Positions 20,910 through 30,719 are shown, numbered from the stretch's first letter. The stretch is DNA of 64,000 bases from Candidatus Scatovivens sp. (GCA_045646345.1 JAZRKN010000007.1:1-64000), one strand, 5' to 3'. The notes: generated from the letters alone by a model not told the origin. A program made the numbers and translations.

Positions 20910-22082
20910 ATGATAAACAGAGCTATTATAATTGTTTTGGATAGTCTTGGAGTTGGAGAAACACCAGACGCAGTTGAATATGGAGATGTGGGAAGTAATA
21001 CACTAGAAGGAATATACAATAATGCTTCACTAAATATACCTAATATGAAACGTTTAGGATTATATAATATTCAAGGTTTAAATATCGAAGAAAAAGAAGA
21101 AAATCCAATAGGAATATTTGGAAAATCTGCAGAAAAAACAAAAGGAAAGAATAGTCCAGTAGGTCATTGGGAAATTGCCGGATTTATTAAAGATGAACCT
21201 TTTAAAACTTATTATCAAGGATTTCCAAAAGAATTATTAGATGAAATATCAAGAAGAGCAGGAATAAAAGGATTTATATGTAATGAAAAAGGATCTGGAA
21301 CAGACTTTTTAAGACAATATGGAGAAGAAAGTATAGAAAAAAATATGCCAATTGTTTATACTTCTGCTGATAGTGTTTTCCAAATTGCAATGCATGAAGA
21401 TATATTACCAGTTCCTGAATTATATAAACTATGTAAAATTGCTAGAAGAGTAATTGATGAACAAGGATATGGTATTGGAACAGTAATTGCAAGACCATTT
21501 GTTGGAGATTCTAGCGAGAATTTTACAAGAACATATAATAGAAGAGATTATGAAGCTGCAGATTTTGGAAAAACAATGTTAGATGTATTCCAAGAAAATG
21601 GCAAAAAAGTATTAGCAATAGGAAAAATTGAAGATTTATTTACTGGAAGAGGAATAGATAGAGCAATTCATACAAATGGAAATTTAGATGGAATTAACCA
21701 AACAATAGATGCAATCAAAAATAGTTCTGAAGATTTGATTTTTACAAATTTAGTGGATTTTGATATGTTATATGGACATAGAAATAATATTGAAGGATAT
21801 GCTAAAGCTTTGGAAGAATTTGATCAAAAATTACCAGAAATAATGGATGCTTTAAGGGAAGATGATCTACTAATATTAACAGCAGATCATGGAAATGATC
21901 CAAGCACTCCAAGTACAGATCATTCAAGAGAATATATTCCAATATTGGCATATGGAAAAAATTTAAAATCTAATGTTGACTTAGGGATTAGAGAAACATA
22001 TGCGGATATATCAGCAACGATTTTGGATATTTTTGGACTTGATAAGTTAGAAGGAACAAGTTTCAAAGAAGAAATAATGTAA
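20910..22082 (+). CDS. deoB: Phosphopentomutase
   Basis: VLDSLGVG, GHWEIAG, YTSADSVFQIA, IARPF, FTNLVDFDMLYGHR, TADHGNDP, DHSREY. Confidence 0.96.
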   Translation: MINRAIIIVLDSLGVGETPDAVEYGDVGSNTLEGIYNNASLNIPNMKRLGLYNIQGLNIEEKEENPIGIFGKSAEKTKGKNSPVGHWEIAGFIKDEPFKTYYQGFPKELLDEISRRAGIKGFICNEKGSGTDFLRQYGEESIEKNMPIVYTSADSVFQIAMHEDILPVPELYKLCKIARRVIDEQGYGIGTVIARPFVGDSSENFTRTYNRRDYEAADFGKTMLDVFQENGKKVLAIGKIEDLFTGRGIDRAIHTNGNLDGINQTIDAIKNSSEDLIFTNLVDFDMLYGHRNNIEGYAKALEEFDQKLPEIMDALREDDLLILTADHGNDPSTPSTDHSREYIPILAYGKNLKSNVDLGIRETYADISATILDIFGLDKLEGTSFKEEIM

Positions 22083-22152
22083 AATTAAATAAAAAACTAG
22101 ACAATCTTAATTTTATATGTTAAGATTGTCTAGTCAACTAATTAAAATATAT

Positions 22153-22235
22153 GCCCAAGTGGCGGAATTGGCAGACGCACACGACTCAAAATCGTGCGGG
22201 AAACCATGCGGGTTCGAGTCCCGCCTCGGGCACCA
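22153..22235 (+). tRNA. tRNA-Leu(CAA)
   Basis: GCCCAAGTGGCGGAATTGGCAGACGC, anticodon arm CACGA-CTCAAAA-TCGTG, variable arm, GGTTCGAGTCC, CCA end. Confidence 0.95.
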
Positions 22236-22403
22236 AAAACAGGAAATTATATCCTGTTTTTTTTATTTAAAATATTGACTATATTATGTAAACGTAGTAT
22301 AATAATGATACATTTCGGGGGTACAACGAAAATAACAAATGTACCAAGTTTATATGTAAGCGTCAGAAAAAACGTGATGAAAAAACGAAAGAGGTGAGAC
22401 AGA

Positions 22404-22682
22404 ATGATGATTAGCATCGCGAAAAAAGACAAAGCAGAAGTTTTGGCAGCGTTGTATAACGCATCTAAACCTCTAGGTTTGGGGTTTAGGCAGTTTGATC
22501 CTAAGCCAATGTCTGTCGAAGAGGCTCGAAAACTTTTGGAAAGAACTACATACTTTGACTATATCAAAGGCAGAGTTATGAAAGTAGATCTTTCTGGTGA
22601 TGAGCTTGAAACATGGTTGTACGACAGAGACAATGGTGACGGCGCTGCAGCAAGAGCTTTGGCAAAAGTGGCGGATATTTAA
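22404..22682 (+). CDS. Small hypothetical protein, 92 aa
   Basis: GAGGTG RBS, own TTGACT-17-TATAAT promoter and terminator; motif-rich sequence (KAEVLAALYN, FDY..GRVMK, YDRDNG). Confidence 0.8.
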   Translation: MMISIAKKDKAEVLAALYNASKPLGLGFRQFDPKPMSVEEARKLLERTTYFDYIKGRVMKVDLSGDELETWLYDRDNGDGAAARALAKVADI

Positions 22683-22687
22683 AGCAA

Positions 22688-22732
22688 AAAAGATGGGAAT
22701 TCCAAAATTGGGATTCCTATCTTTTCTTTTTT
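22688..22732 (+). terminator. Intrinsic terminator
   Basis: AAGATGGGAATTCCAA / TTGGGATTCCTATCTT hairpin plus T tract. Confidence 0.8.
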
Positions 22733-22823
22733 GTAAAATAAATGACATAAATAATTTATTGATTTCAATTTTTGTAAAGAATATAATATAAATGGAAAAA
22801 ATTATAAGTGAGGAACTAAAGAT

Positions 22824-25800
22824 ATGGCTGTTGATTTAAATGGATTTGAAAATACACCAAAAGAACAAAGAAAAGTATTAAGTAAAGAACAATTTGAACA
22901 ATATGTTAATTCTTTAAAAACATCGTATGACGAAAGTATTGCTACATATATTGCTCTTGAAGTTATAAAAAGAAGACAAATAGATTTAGAATCTTTTTAT
23001 GATGATTATGGAGTTTCTACAGAAGAGGAATTCATAGAGAGTATTAAAGAGGAAATTGGAGCAGATGTTTTTGAAGGAGATTCCAAATCTTTATTACAGT
23101 TTCTTCCAGATGAATTATTGGAAAAAATAGGTGATTTGGATTCCTTAATAGCTACAATTCAAAGCATTGATGATATTACTAAAATAAGTCAAAAAATTAA
23201 TGTAGAAGAAATAAATGAGTTTTATAAACAAAGATTACAAGATGTGGCGGATATTGTTAGTAGATGTGACTTAAGTCAAATTCCACCAGAAGCATATGCA
23301 AAGGCACAATTTTTAAGGTATATTAATTTCCAAAATACTGGAGCGAAACTAGATTTTTCATATATTCTTGAGAATAAAATAGATTGGAAAAATATTCATA
23401 TAAGTTCTGAAAATTTAAAAGGAACAGAAATTATTTCTTTTGATCGTTTATTATATAGAAAAAATGAGGAAGATATAATACCTGATGAGTGGGGAAATTC
23501 GTTTGACTTAATTGAATTAAATCCGGAAAATTTTGATATATCACAATATCAAACAATAATCGATAGTTATAATGTTGCTGGTGAATATCTAGATACAAGA
23601 ATTGCTTTATTTTTAACTACTCAAGAGTTGCAAGACAATAATCAATGGTTAGTTGATTATGCATTTGATATTTTAGAACAGAGATTATATGTGACAGCAG
23701 ACATATGGAAGCAACTTACTCCAGAAACGCAATTAAAAAATAAAGATAAGTTTAAAAAAATTATAGATTATATCAGAGAATCAAAAGATTCATCATCACA
23801 TTATTTCTTTGACATTTTAAGAAGTACAAGTGAAGCTATTTTAGATGAAAATGCTGACGATTTGATTGATTTATTTAATAAAGGGCGAGATAAAGAAGTA
23901 TTTTTCTATCAAATATTTTCTAGATTTAGTGAAGATTATAAAGAACAATATTATGAAAAAAATGAAGATTTATCATTTGAATTAAAAGCGTTAATATTGT
24001 CTAAAACAAAACCAGAATATATTAATCAAAATTTTATACAATTATTTGATAAATTTATTGCAGAAAGAGAACAAGGTTATTCTACATTAGGTGCGCTATA
24101 TCATGCTGATGAAATTATGCGTCATTTTAAATCTCATGAATTTGATGATTCTACAATGGAACATTTTTTGAAAGTTTCAGAAGAACAGATATTAGAATAT
24201 AAATCGAGATTTGAATATATTGCAAATAAAATGTTTGTTAATTTAACCTCTAAAAATCAAATTGATTATTATAAACGTTTTATGCAATTAGGTATAGATA
24301 ATAATGTCCCAACAGAAAATATAGTATTAATTTTTGAAAAAATAAACACTGATTATAAAACAGAAAATTATGAAGAAATATTAGAATTTGCAAAAAAACT
24401 TTCTCCAGAAGTTGCTCAATACGTTAGAGGAACTGGATATATAAATATGGTTCGTCAGATAGAACCGGAGAAAAAAGAGGCATATATTCAAAAGCATATC
24501 CAAGAAATATTATTGTCTTTTAGAACAAAGTATGAAAATAAAGACAATCCATATGAAGATCCATTATTGCCTAAAGCTAGAAAAGAGTTTGATGCTAATT
24601 ATGAAAAAGAATTTATAGAAATTCTTTTTGAAATGGATCGAAAAGGTGATTTAGACGAAAATAATATTAATGTAATTATAGATAATTTACCTAAATTGGG
24701 TAAAGATGTTATTAGCAGGTTGTATAGTTCTAATTCTGAAATGATAAGAACAAATGCTAGTCAATTAATAATGGCTGTAGCAACTCTGAAAAGAGAAGAA
24801 GCAATTGCCTTAATTGAAGATACTGAAAGATTATTTTCAAAAGATTCAATTCCAGATTTTGTTAAAATATATAAATTTTATGAAAATGTTGTCGAAAGAA
24901 AACAAGGTGTTTTAAGTAGAGCATTAAGTAAAAATAGTGGGCTTTCACCTGAATTACAACAATCAGGTTCTGAAAAAGCGGGAATGAGGATTATTTTTTC
25001 GGATTTGTTAAATATTTCACTAAAATCTAATAATAAATCTTTGAAAAATTTTATAGATTTATTAGAAAATGGTAATGAAACGTATGTGAAATATTTAACA
25101 ACAGGCAAGAATCTTGATTCATTAACACAAGAGGAAAGAGATGTTTTAAGAAAATATGCTGATACCTTATATACAATTTATGATGAATCTTTAGTTTCAA
25201 AACATGATATAAAAAGAACTGGCCAAAAAATAAAAAATTCAAAAGACTATATGAAAACATTAGATGATTTGACAAAAAGATATATTGGAAATGCTTTTCC
25301 AAGAGACTTGTCTAATGAAGTGTTAAAAACTATTGTAGGTAGAATGGATGAATTACTTGCAGGAAAAAGAAGTCTTGAAGAATTTAGAACATATATGGAA
25401 GAATTTAATGCTAAATCTAACGAGCGTCATATGGAGTTAGAAAAAACAAAATTAGTATTAGAACCAGGCGATTTAGTAAAGGGTGTTGGAAATGCTACAC
25501 AATTTTTACAAAGTTTATTTTCTAATGGTATAAGAGCTGGAGAATTTTTAGGAGTTAGTACTCATACTGATGCAACACCTTTAGATTCAGACCATTCTTT
25601 GATATTACCAGAAAATGTGAGAAGTACTCTAAATGATACTATTGGAACTTTAGCTGCGTCTAGTTATGGAAATTTCTATTTAGTAATAAAGAAAAATCCA
25701 GATAAAATTTATTTTACAAGAGATGACCCGGAATATGTTTTTAAATCAGAGCCTGCTCCTGAGTATCAAAGCAAGTTGGGGAAAAATGCTGATAGACAGG

Positions 25801-27161
25801 CAATTAAAAATAGAATCAATAATAGAATAAACGGCACGTTTGAAGAACCTAAAGTAGAAGCTTTTTCAAGTCATGTAGTTGGACGAGATCACTATGGTAT
25901 AAGAACTGGTATGGCGATTACAGATGTGGATTATATTGTTGTATCATCATATGATAAACGTATTGGTTATGAATTGGCAATGAATGGTACATTTGTTCCT
26001 GTAGTTAATAAATATACAAATGAAGTTATTTTTGGGATAGATGATTATAATAAGATAAGAGAACAAATGCAAGGAATGCCATACTATGGAACAAAGAAAT
26101 TTGAAGTTGATAAATCAGCATATATTCCAAGTGTAGAAGAAAAAGTAGCTCAATTATTTCCTGATGGTGATGTAAAAGAGTCTATTAGTGAAAAGGATGC
26201 TAAAACAAAAAGAGAAGCAGTTGAAAGAAAAGTAAGAAATGCGATATTAGAAAAATTAGGATTAGGATTTGCAAGGAAAATTACAGGAGATGTTACTCCA
26301 GGCTTTATAGAATTTATAGATACTGGTTCGACTGGTCGTGGAACGAATTTGCCTGGTGACGGAGATTTTGACTTTTCGGTGAAAATAGACAGAGATATAC
26401 TTGATAATCCACAAAGGTTGGGAGAATTAAAAAGTGTATTAAGAGAAGAAATTGCTGTTAAATCTGATCATCCAGAGAGTAAATTAGATGAGTTTTCTGG
26501 AAACTTTAGATATAAAAAAGTACAAGTTGAAGGTGTTGAAATGCCACTTGATATTGATATTACTTTTATGCAAAAAACAGAAGAAATTAATTATTCAACG
26601 GATATGGCAGTAAGAGAACGATTAGAAGAATTAAAAATGAATGATCCAGAAGGATATAAAAGAGTAATAGCAAATATTGTTCTGGCAAAAGAAATGCTAA
26701 AAAGAGAAGGAATTTATAAAAAATCATCTTCGGATGGAGCAACTAAATATGGTGGATTTGGTGGAGTTGGAGTCGAGAATTGGATTCTACAAAACGGTGG
26801 TTCATTTATAAAAGCAATGCAAACATTTTTAGAAGCATCAAAAAAAGTGCAAAACTTTGATGAATTTATGGAAATATATCCGATTTTTGATTTTGGACAA
26901 AATCATATGGCGAAAGGATATTCTCATGATAGTTTTATAAGAGGTTTAACTGCTAGTGGTTATACTCAAATGCAAAGTAAATTTAAAGAATTTATTAAAC
27001 AATTAGAACCAGAGAAAAGTCAAGAAGTTTCAATTGTATATTTGAGTAAAAATGCAATAAAACAAGAGGCTAGAAGTGGAGAATACACAGAAGCTGCAGA
27101 AAGTATGAAAAATGATGTATTAGAATTAGATTCAGATAAAAATCTTGAGGGAGGAAATTAA
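22824..27161 (+). CDS. 1445-aa multidomain protein with C-terminal class I Pol-beta nucleotidyltransferase domain
   Basis: TGSTGRGTNLPGDGDFDF (aa 1167-1184), third acid in LDIDITF, then GIYK...GGFGGVGVENWILQNGGSF. Confidence 0.75.
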   Translation: MAVDLNGFENTPKEQRKVLSKEQFEQYVNSLKTSYDESIATYIALEVIKRRQIDLESFYDDYGVSTEEEFIESIKEEIGADVFEGDSKSLLQFLPDELLEKIGDLDSLIATIQSIDDITKISQKINVEEINEFYKQRLQDVADIVSRCDLSQIPPEAYAKAQFLRYINFQNTGAKLDFSYILENKIDWKNIHISSENLKGTEIISFDRLLYRKNEEDIIPDEWGNSFDLIELNPENFDISQYQTIIDSYNVAGEYLDTRIALFLTTQELQDNNQWLVDYAFDILEQRLYVTADIWKQLTPETQLKNKDKFKKIIDYIRESKDSSSHYFFDILRSTSEAILDENADDLIDLFNKGRDKEVFFYQIFSRFSEDYKEQYYEKNEDLSFELKALILSKTKPEYINQNFIQLFDKFIAEREQGYSTLGALYHADEIMRHFKSHEFDDSTMEHFLKVSEEQILEYKSRFEYIANKMFVNLTSKNQIDYYKRFMQLGIDNNVPTENIVLIFEKINTDYKTENYEEILEFAKKLSPEVAQYVRGTGYINMVRQIEPEKKEAYIQKHIQEILLSFRTKYENKDNPYEDPLLPKARKEFDANYEKEFIEILFEMDRKGDLDENNINVIIDNLPKLGKDVISRLYSSNSEMIRTNASQLIMAVATLKREEAIALIEDTERLFSKDSIPDFVKIYKFYENVVERKQGVLSRALSKNSGLSPELQQSGSEKAGMRIIFSDLLNISLKSNNKSLKNFIDLLENGNETYVKYLTTGKNLDSLTQEERDVLRKYADTLYTIYDESLVSKHDIKRTGQKIKNSKDYMKTLDDLTKRYIGNAFPRDLSNEVLKTIVGRMDELLAGKRSLEEFRTYMEEFNAKSNERHMELEKTKLVLEPGDLVKGVGNATQFLQSLFSNGIRAGEFLGVSTHTDATPLDSDHSLILPENVRSTLNDTIGTLAASSYGNFYLVIKKNPDKIYFTRDDPEYVFKSEPAPEYQSKLGKNADRQAIKNRINNRINGTFEEPKVEAFSSHVVGRDHYGIRTGMAITDVDYIVVSSYDKRIGYELAMNGTFVPVVNKYTNEVIFGIDDYNKIREQMQGMPYYGTKKFEVDKSAYIPSVEEKVAQLFPDGDVKESISEKDAKTKREAVERKVRNAILEKLGLGFARKITGDVTPGFIEFIDTGSTGRGTNLPGDGDFDFSVKIDRDILDNPQRLGELKSVLREEIAVKSDHPESKLDEFSGNFRYKKVQVEGVEMPLDIDITFMQKTEEINYSTDMAVRERLEELKMNDPEGYKRVIANIVLAKEMLKREGIYKKSSSDGATKYGGFGGVGVENWILQNGGSFIKAMQTFLEASKKVQNFDEFMEIYPIFDFGQNHMAKGYSHDSFIRGLTASGYTQMQSKFKEFIKQLEPEKSQEVSIVYLSKNAIKQEARSGEYTEAAESMKNDVLELDSDKNLEGGN

Positions 27162-27619
27162 TGGTAAGTGTAAGGTATAGAAACGCATATACAGAAGTTC
27201 TAGAAATAATTAAATATCTTCCAAAAAAAGAACTTGCTAAAATTCCTGAAGAGAAAATAGCATACTTTGAGAGAAATAAAAATGTAAATCATAGTTTTAA
27301 ATTTGAAGTTTCAATTCCGTTGGAGGAACAAAATATATCTAGAGAAACAAATGCGATTATATTAAATTTATTTAATGATTATTTTTTATCGGAAGAGCAA
27401 CAAAATAAAATGAAAAGTATTTTAGATGCTAACGAGAAAATATATATGGAAAAACAAAGAGAAATGTATAATCCGGATAATATTTTTGAGTCTAAACAAA
27501 TTGTAAAACAAAATGAAATGCCAGAAAAAACAAACAATTTGCCGATTGAAATAAAAAAAGAAAATATAATTATAAAATTGGTGAATTTTATAAAGAAAAT
27601 TTTCAATAAAAATGTTTAA
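27161..27619 (+). CDS. Hypothetical protein, 152 aa, coupled to upstream gene
   Basis: TAATG stop/start overlap; GGAGG RBS; C-terminal amphipathic IIKLVNFIKKIF. Confidence 0.8.
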   Translation: MVSVRYRNAYTEVLEIIKYLPKKELAKIPEEKIAYFERNKNVNHSFKFEVSIPLEEQNISRETNAIILNLFNDYFLSEEQQNKMKSILDANEKIYMEKQREMYNPDNIFESKQIVKQNEMPEKTNNLPIEIKKENIIIKLVNFIKKIFNKNV

Positions 27620-27676
27620 AATATATTATTTTATATGATATAATTTAACAAATAAAATACGAAGGAGAAGTTAAAA

Positions 27677-28474
27677 ATGGAAGAAAAGAAATCAATAAAG
27701 GTAAGTTTAAAAACATATTTAGTAACAATGTTTTTAATGTTATTAGTAATAGGAATATTATTAGGATACATAATGCACACTAGTAAAACTATTCAGGCAA
27801 AATTAAATACAATAGACGAATATATTCATGCTCAACCTGTTGTAAAAACTGAAGACGTTGTAGAAGAAAAAGAAGAGAATGTAGAAAATACAGTAGTTGA
27901 AGATGTTGAGGAAGAAGAGGAAAATGTTATTACAGAAGAAATAACTGATGAAAATGAAATATCAAATACTGTTGTAGAAAATGCTACAGAAACAAAAGTA
28001 GAAAAAGAATTTACAGATGAAGAAGTAGAAAGAGTATTAGAAGGATATTTAAATATTTTTGTTGGACATGGTTCTCCAGAAGGGATATTAAATAATTTGG
28101 ATTTAATGTCATATATAGAAGCTGAAAAATATAAATCAGATGAAGAAAATTATAAATTAACAGATATTCCATATTCACTTTTTGAAAGTTCTATTGAAGA
28201 GTATACAACATTAGAAAACTTCAAAAAAATAAACGGAAATAAATTTGTAGATATTGAATTTAAAGATGTAGATGGAAAAGTGGCTTACTTTAATGGTGGT
28301 TGGACAGGAACGGAATATGAAGTACATAAAATTTCTAAAGCAGAAGATTCATTAACAGCAACTCACAAAGCAGAAATATTAAGAACTGCAGGTGATAGAA
28401 AAGTTGTTGAAAACATAGAATTTTCAATAGAGGAAAACAATGGAAAATGTGTAATTAGTTATTGTAGTATATAA
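27677..28474 (+). CDS. Membrane-anchored acidic extracellular protein
   Basis: N-terminal TM, E/N/V-rich linker, globular C-terminus; AAGGAG RBS. Confidence 0.7.
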   Translation: MEEKKSIKVSLKTYLVTMFLMLLVIGILLGYIMHTSKTIQAKLNTIDEYIHAQPVVKTEDVVEEKEENVENTVVEDVEEEEENVITEEITDENEISNTVVENATETKVEKEFTDEEVERVLEGYLNIFVGHGSPEGILNNLDLMSYIEAEKYKSDEENYKLTDIPYSLFESSIEEYTTLENFKKINGNKFVDIEFKDVDGKVAYFNGGWTGTEYEVHKISKAEDSLTATHKAEILRTAGDRKVVENIEFSIEENNGKCVISYCSI

Positions 28475-28704
28475 TTTAAAAAACTATCTTTCTCTAAGAA
28501 AGATAGTTTTTTTATATAAGTAACAAAAAGGTAATATAAATTTAATTGAACTAATTTTTTTATATGATATAATTATCTCATAAATACAAAGGGAAAAAAT
28601 GTAAAAAGATACACAAAGATAAAAGCAACTGGATTATAATAATATTACAAAATTTGACAAAAATTATAAAAATGGTATAATACAGTTTGTGAAAGGAATT
28701 TTTT

Positions 28705-29517
28705 ATGAAAAACGAAAATAGGAAAGTATTAATATCAGTAAAAGTATCAACATTATTACTAATTTTAATATCAATAATTGCAATTGTTGTTGTGGGAAAT
28801 ATTATTTCGAATAAAATAGCCAAAGCAAATACAATAGCTAATGCAGAAAATCAAGAAATTATTCAAAATGAAGAAACAAATAATAAAAATGAAGATAAAA
28901 ACACAATTGAAGAAATAAGAACAATAAAAGCAGAAATAACATCTAGATCACAAGAAGAATCAAGAGAAGAATTAAACTTACAAGGAAATGTGGGAATGAT
29001 TAATATAGAACATTCCTTACAAGAAGAGCTTGAACAAGTAGAAGAAATTCAAACTACTCCAATAGAAGAAGTTACAATTTCTAAAGATATGGATTTAACT
29101 GTAAGAACAGGATTATCAAGAGACGATTTTATAACTTTAATTGCTGGCGTAAAGGAAGATACTTCAGGTTTTTTTGAAGAAAACGCAGGTTTAATTTATG
29201 ATTTATGTGAAAAATATCAAATAAATGAAATTTTCTTCTGCGGCTTAATTGCTGGAGAATCTGGTTGGAGAATTGCAGATAATCATAGAAGAACATATAA
29301 TTATATTAGTTTAATGTCTCATGGAGGACTTATTAGATATTCATCTGTAGAAGATGGATTAGAAAAAGCAGCAATGGCATTGCATAATAATTATTTAACA
29401 GAAGGTGGTCGTTTTTATCATGGACCAACTTTAGCAGGTGTTAAAACAAGATTTTGTCCAGCATCTAGTACATGGACAAACTTGATATATGGAAATATGA
29501 AAAGAATTATAAAATAA
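28705..29517 (+). CDS. Membrane-anchored glucosaminidase/lysozyme-like protein
   Basis: N-terminal TM; EKYQINEIF..GLIAGESGW, YNYISL, YSSVEDG, NYL..GG pattern. Confidence 0.7.
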   Translation: MKNENRKVLISVKVSTLLLILISIIAIVVVGNIISNKIAKANTIANAENQEIIQNEETNNKNEDKNTIEEIRTIKAEITSRSQEESREELNLQGNVGMINIEHSLQEELEQVEEIQTTPIEEVTISKDMDLTVRTGLSRDDFITLIAGVKEDTSGFFEENAGLIYDLCEKYQINEIFFCGLIAGESGWRIADNHRRTYNYISLMSHGGLIRYSSVEDGLEKAAMALHNNYLTEGGRFYHGPTLAGVKTRFCPASSTWTNLIYGNMKRIIK

Positions 29518-29627
29518 TACATAAAGACGACACGACAACAGTGCCGTCTTTTGTTTTACTGGAAATTTGCTTAGAAATATGTTATAATAAAAAAGATTCT
29601 GAAAAAAGTAGAAAGGGAGTGTATTTT

Positions 29628-30290
29628 ATGACTCGGAGAACAGTATCGATTTGTTATAAAATACTTGTGATTCTAACACTTTCTATTGGGATTCTACTAA
29701 ATATTATTAAAACAACATCAATTCCAGCAATGTTGTCTTATTATACTATGCAGAGTAACATTATTTCGTTAATAGGGTTTTGTTGCTTTCTGTATTTGGA
29801 AATTAAGCAAGAAGAAAAAACGGATATGTATTATTTAATAAAAGGGGCTGTTGTCATTGCGATTTTTATAACCGCAGTAGTATATGGTTGCGCATTGGCA
29901 CCTACAACTTTTGAAATGGACTCAGTACAGAGAAGTTTTGCAAAAAAATGGATAGCAAGTTTGTTTGTTCATCTTTTTTCACCAACAATGGTGATTGGAG
30001 ATTATTTCTTTTTTGATGAGAAGGGTAAATTTAAAAGTTATTATCCATTTTTTTGGTTAATTATTCCTCTTAATTACGTCTGTTATGTATATATGTATCA
30101 TTTTATGGGTGGAAAGTTTTTTGGTGTTGGTGGATCAAAGCATTTTGCATATTTCTTTTTGGACTATGAAAAAATAGGATATATAGGAGTGGCAAAATGG
30201 TTATTATTAATGAGTAGTGTAATTGTTTTGGTATCGTATTTATTAGTTTTTATCGATGGGAAGTCAGGAAAGAATCAGAATCGGAGGTAG
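29628..30290 (+). CDS. Pr6Pr/FAR-17a-like membrane protein
   Basis: SYYTMQSN, VH...P, AYFFLD motifs; about 6 TM; GGGAG RBS before ATG 29628. Confidence 0.75.
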   Translation: MTRRTVSICYKILVILTLSIGILLNIIKTTSIPAMLSYYTMQSNIISLIGFCCFLYLEIKQEEKTDMYYLIKGAVVIAIFITAVVYGCALAPTTFEMDSVQRSFAKKWIASLFVHLFSPTMVIGDYFFFDEKGKFKSYYPFFWLIIPLNYVCYVYMYHFMGGKFFGVGGSKHFAYFFLDYEKIGYIGVAKWLLLMSSVIVLVSYLLVFIDGKSGKNQNRR

Positions 30291-30343
30291 GTAATACCTT
30301 GAAAAAAGTGCTAGCAAAAAACTGGCACTTTTCTTTTTTTGAA

Positions 30344-30423
30344 CTATTTAGAAAAAAATCTAAATAGCTATTGACAGAATGAAAAAAGCAATATAAAATC
30401 TATTTAGAAATATTTCTAAATAG
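30344..30423 (+). promoter_or_regulatory. Promoter flanked by two palindromic ArsR/SdpR-type operators
   Basis: CTATTTAGA-N6-TCTAAATAG at 30344-30367 and 30400-30423 around TTGACA(30371)-17-TAAAAT(30394). Confidence 0.85.
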
Positions 30424-30440
30424 CAAGGAGCGTGATAAAA

Positions 30441-30719
30441 TTGGGAATGTCTGAAACTTTAAAAGCAATATCGGATCCAGTAAGAAGGAATATCTTGGAA
30501 ATGCTAAAAAAAGGAAGAAAGTCAGCTGGTGAAATTGCTGAACAATTCAATTTAACAGGTGCAACAGTTTCATATCACTTATCACAATTAAAAAAGGCTA
30601 ATTTGATATCAGAAACAAAATATAAAAATTTTATTTATTATGAACTAAATGTATCTGTTTTTGAAGAAGTATTAACATGGATTTATAACTTAGGAGGAAA
30701 AAATAATGAAAAAGATTAA
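30441..30719 (+). CDS. ArsR/SdpR-family transcriptional repressor (start uncertain, 30432-30447)
   Basis: KAISDPVRRNIL, SAGEIA, ATVSYHL..LK, KNFIYY. Confidence 0.9.
   Translation: MGMSETLKAISDPVRRNILEMLKKGRKSAGEIAEQFNLTGATVSYHLSQLKKANLISETKYKNFIYYELNVSVFEEVLTWIYNLGGKNNEKD

Noticed and set aside
22194-22432. Short ORFs 22194-22397 (+) and 22247-22432 (-)
   Set aside because: Overlap the tRNA and a promoter region; no RBS or protein-like features
22824-27161. Canonical CBASS operon
   Set aside because: No recognisable Cap effector or ancillary gene adjacent; the patatin at 50977 is about 24 kb away in a redox operon
22153-27619. Integrative element or prophage at tRNA-Leu (or tRNA-Thr)
   Set aside because: No integrase and no duplicated tRNA 3' end visible in the window
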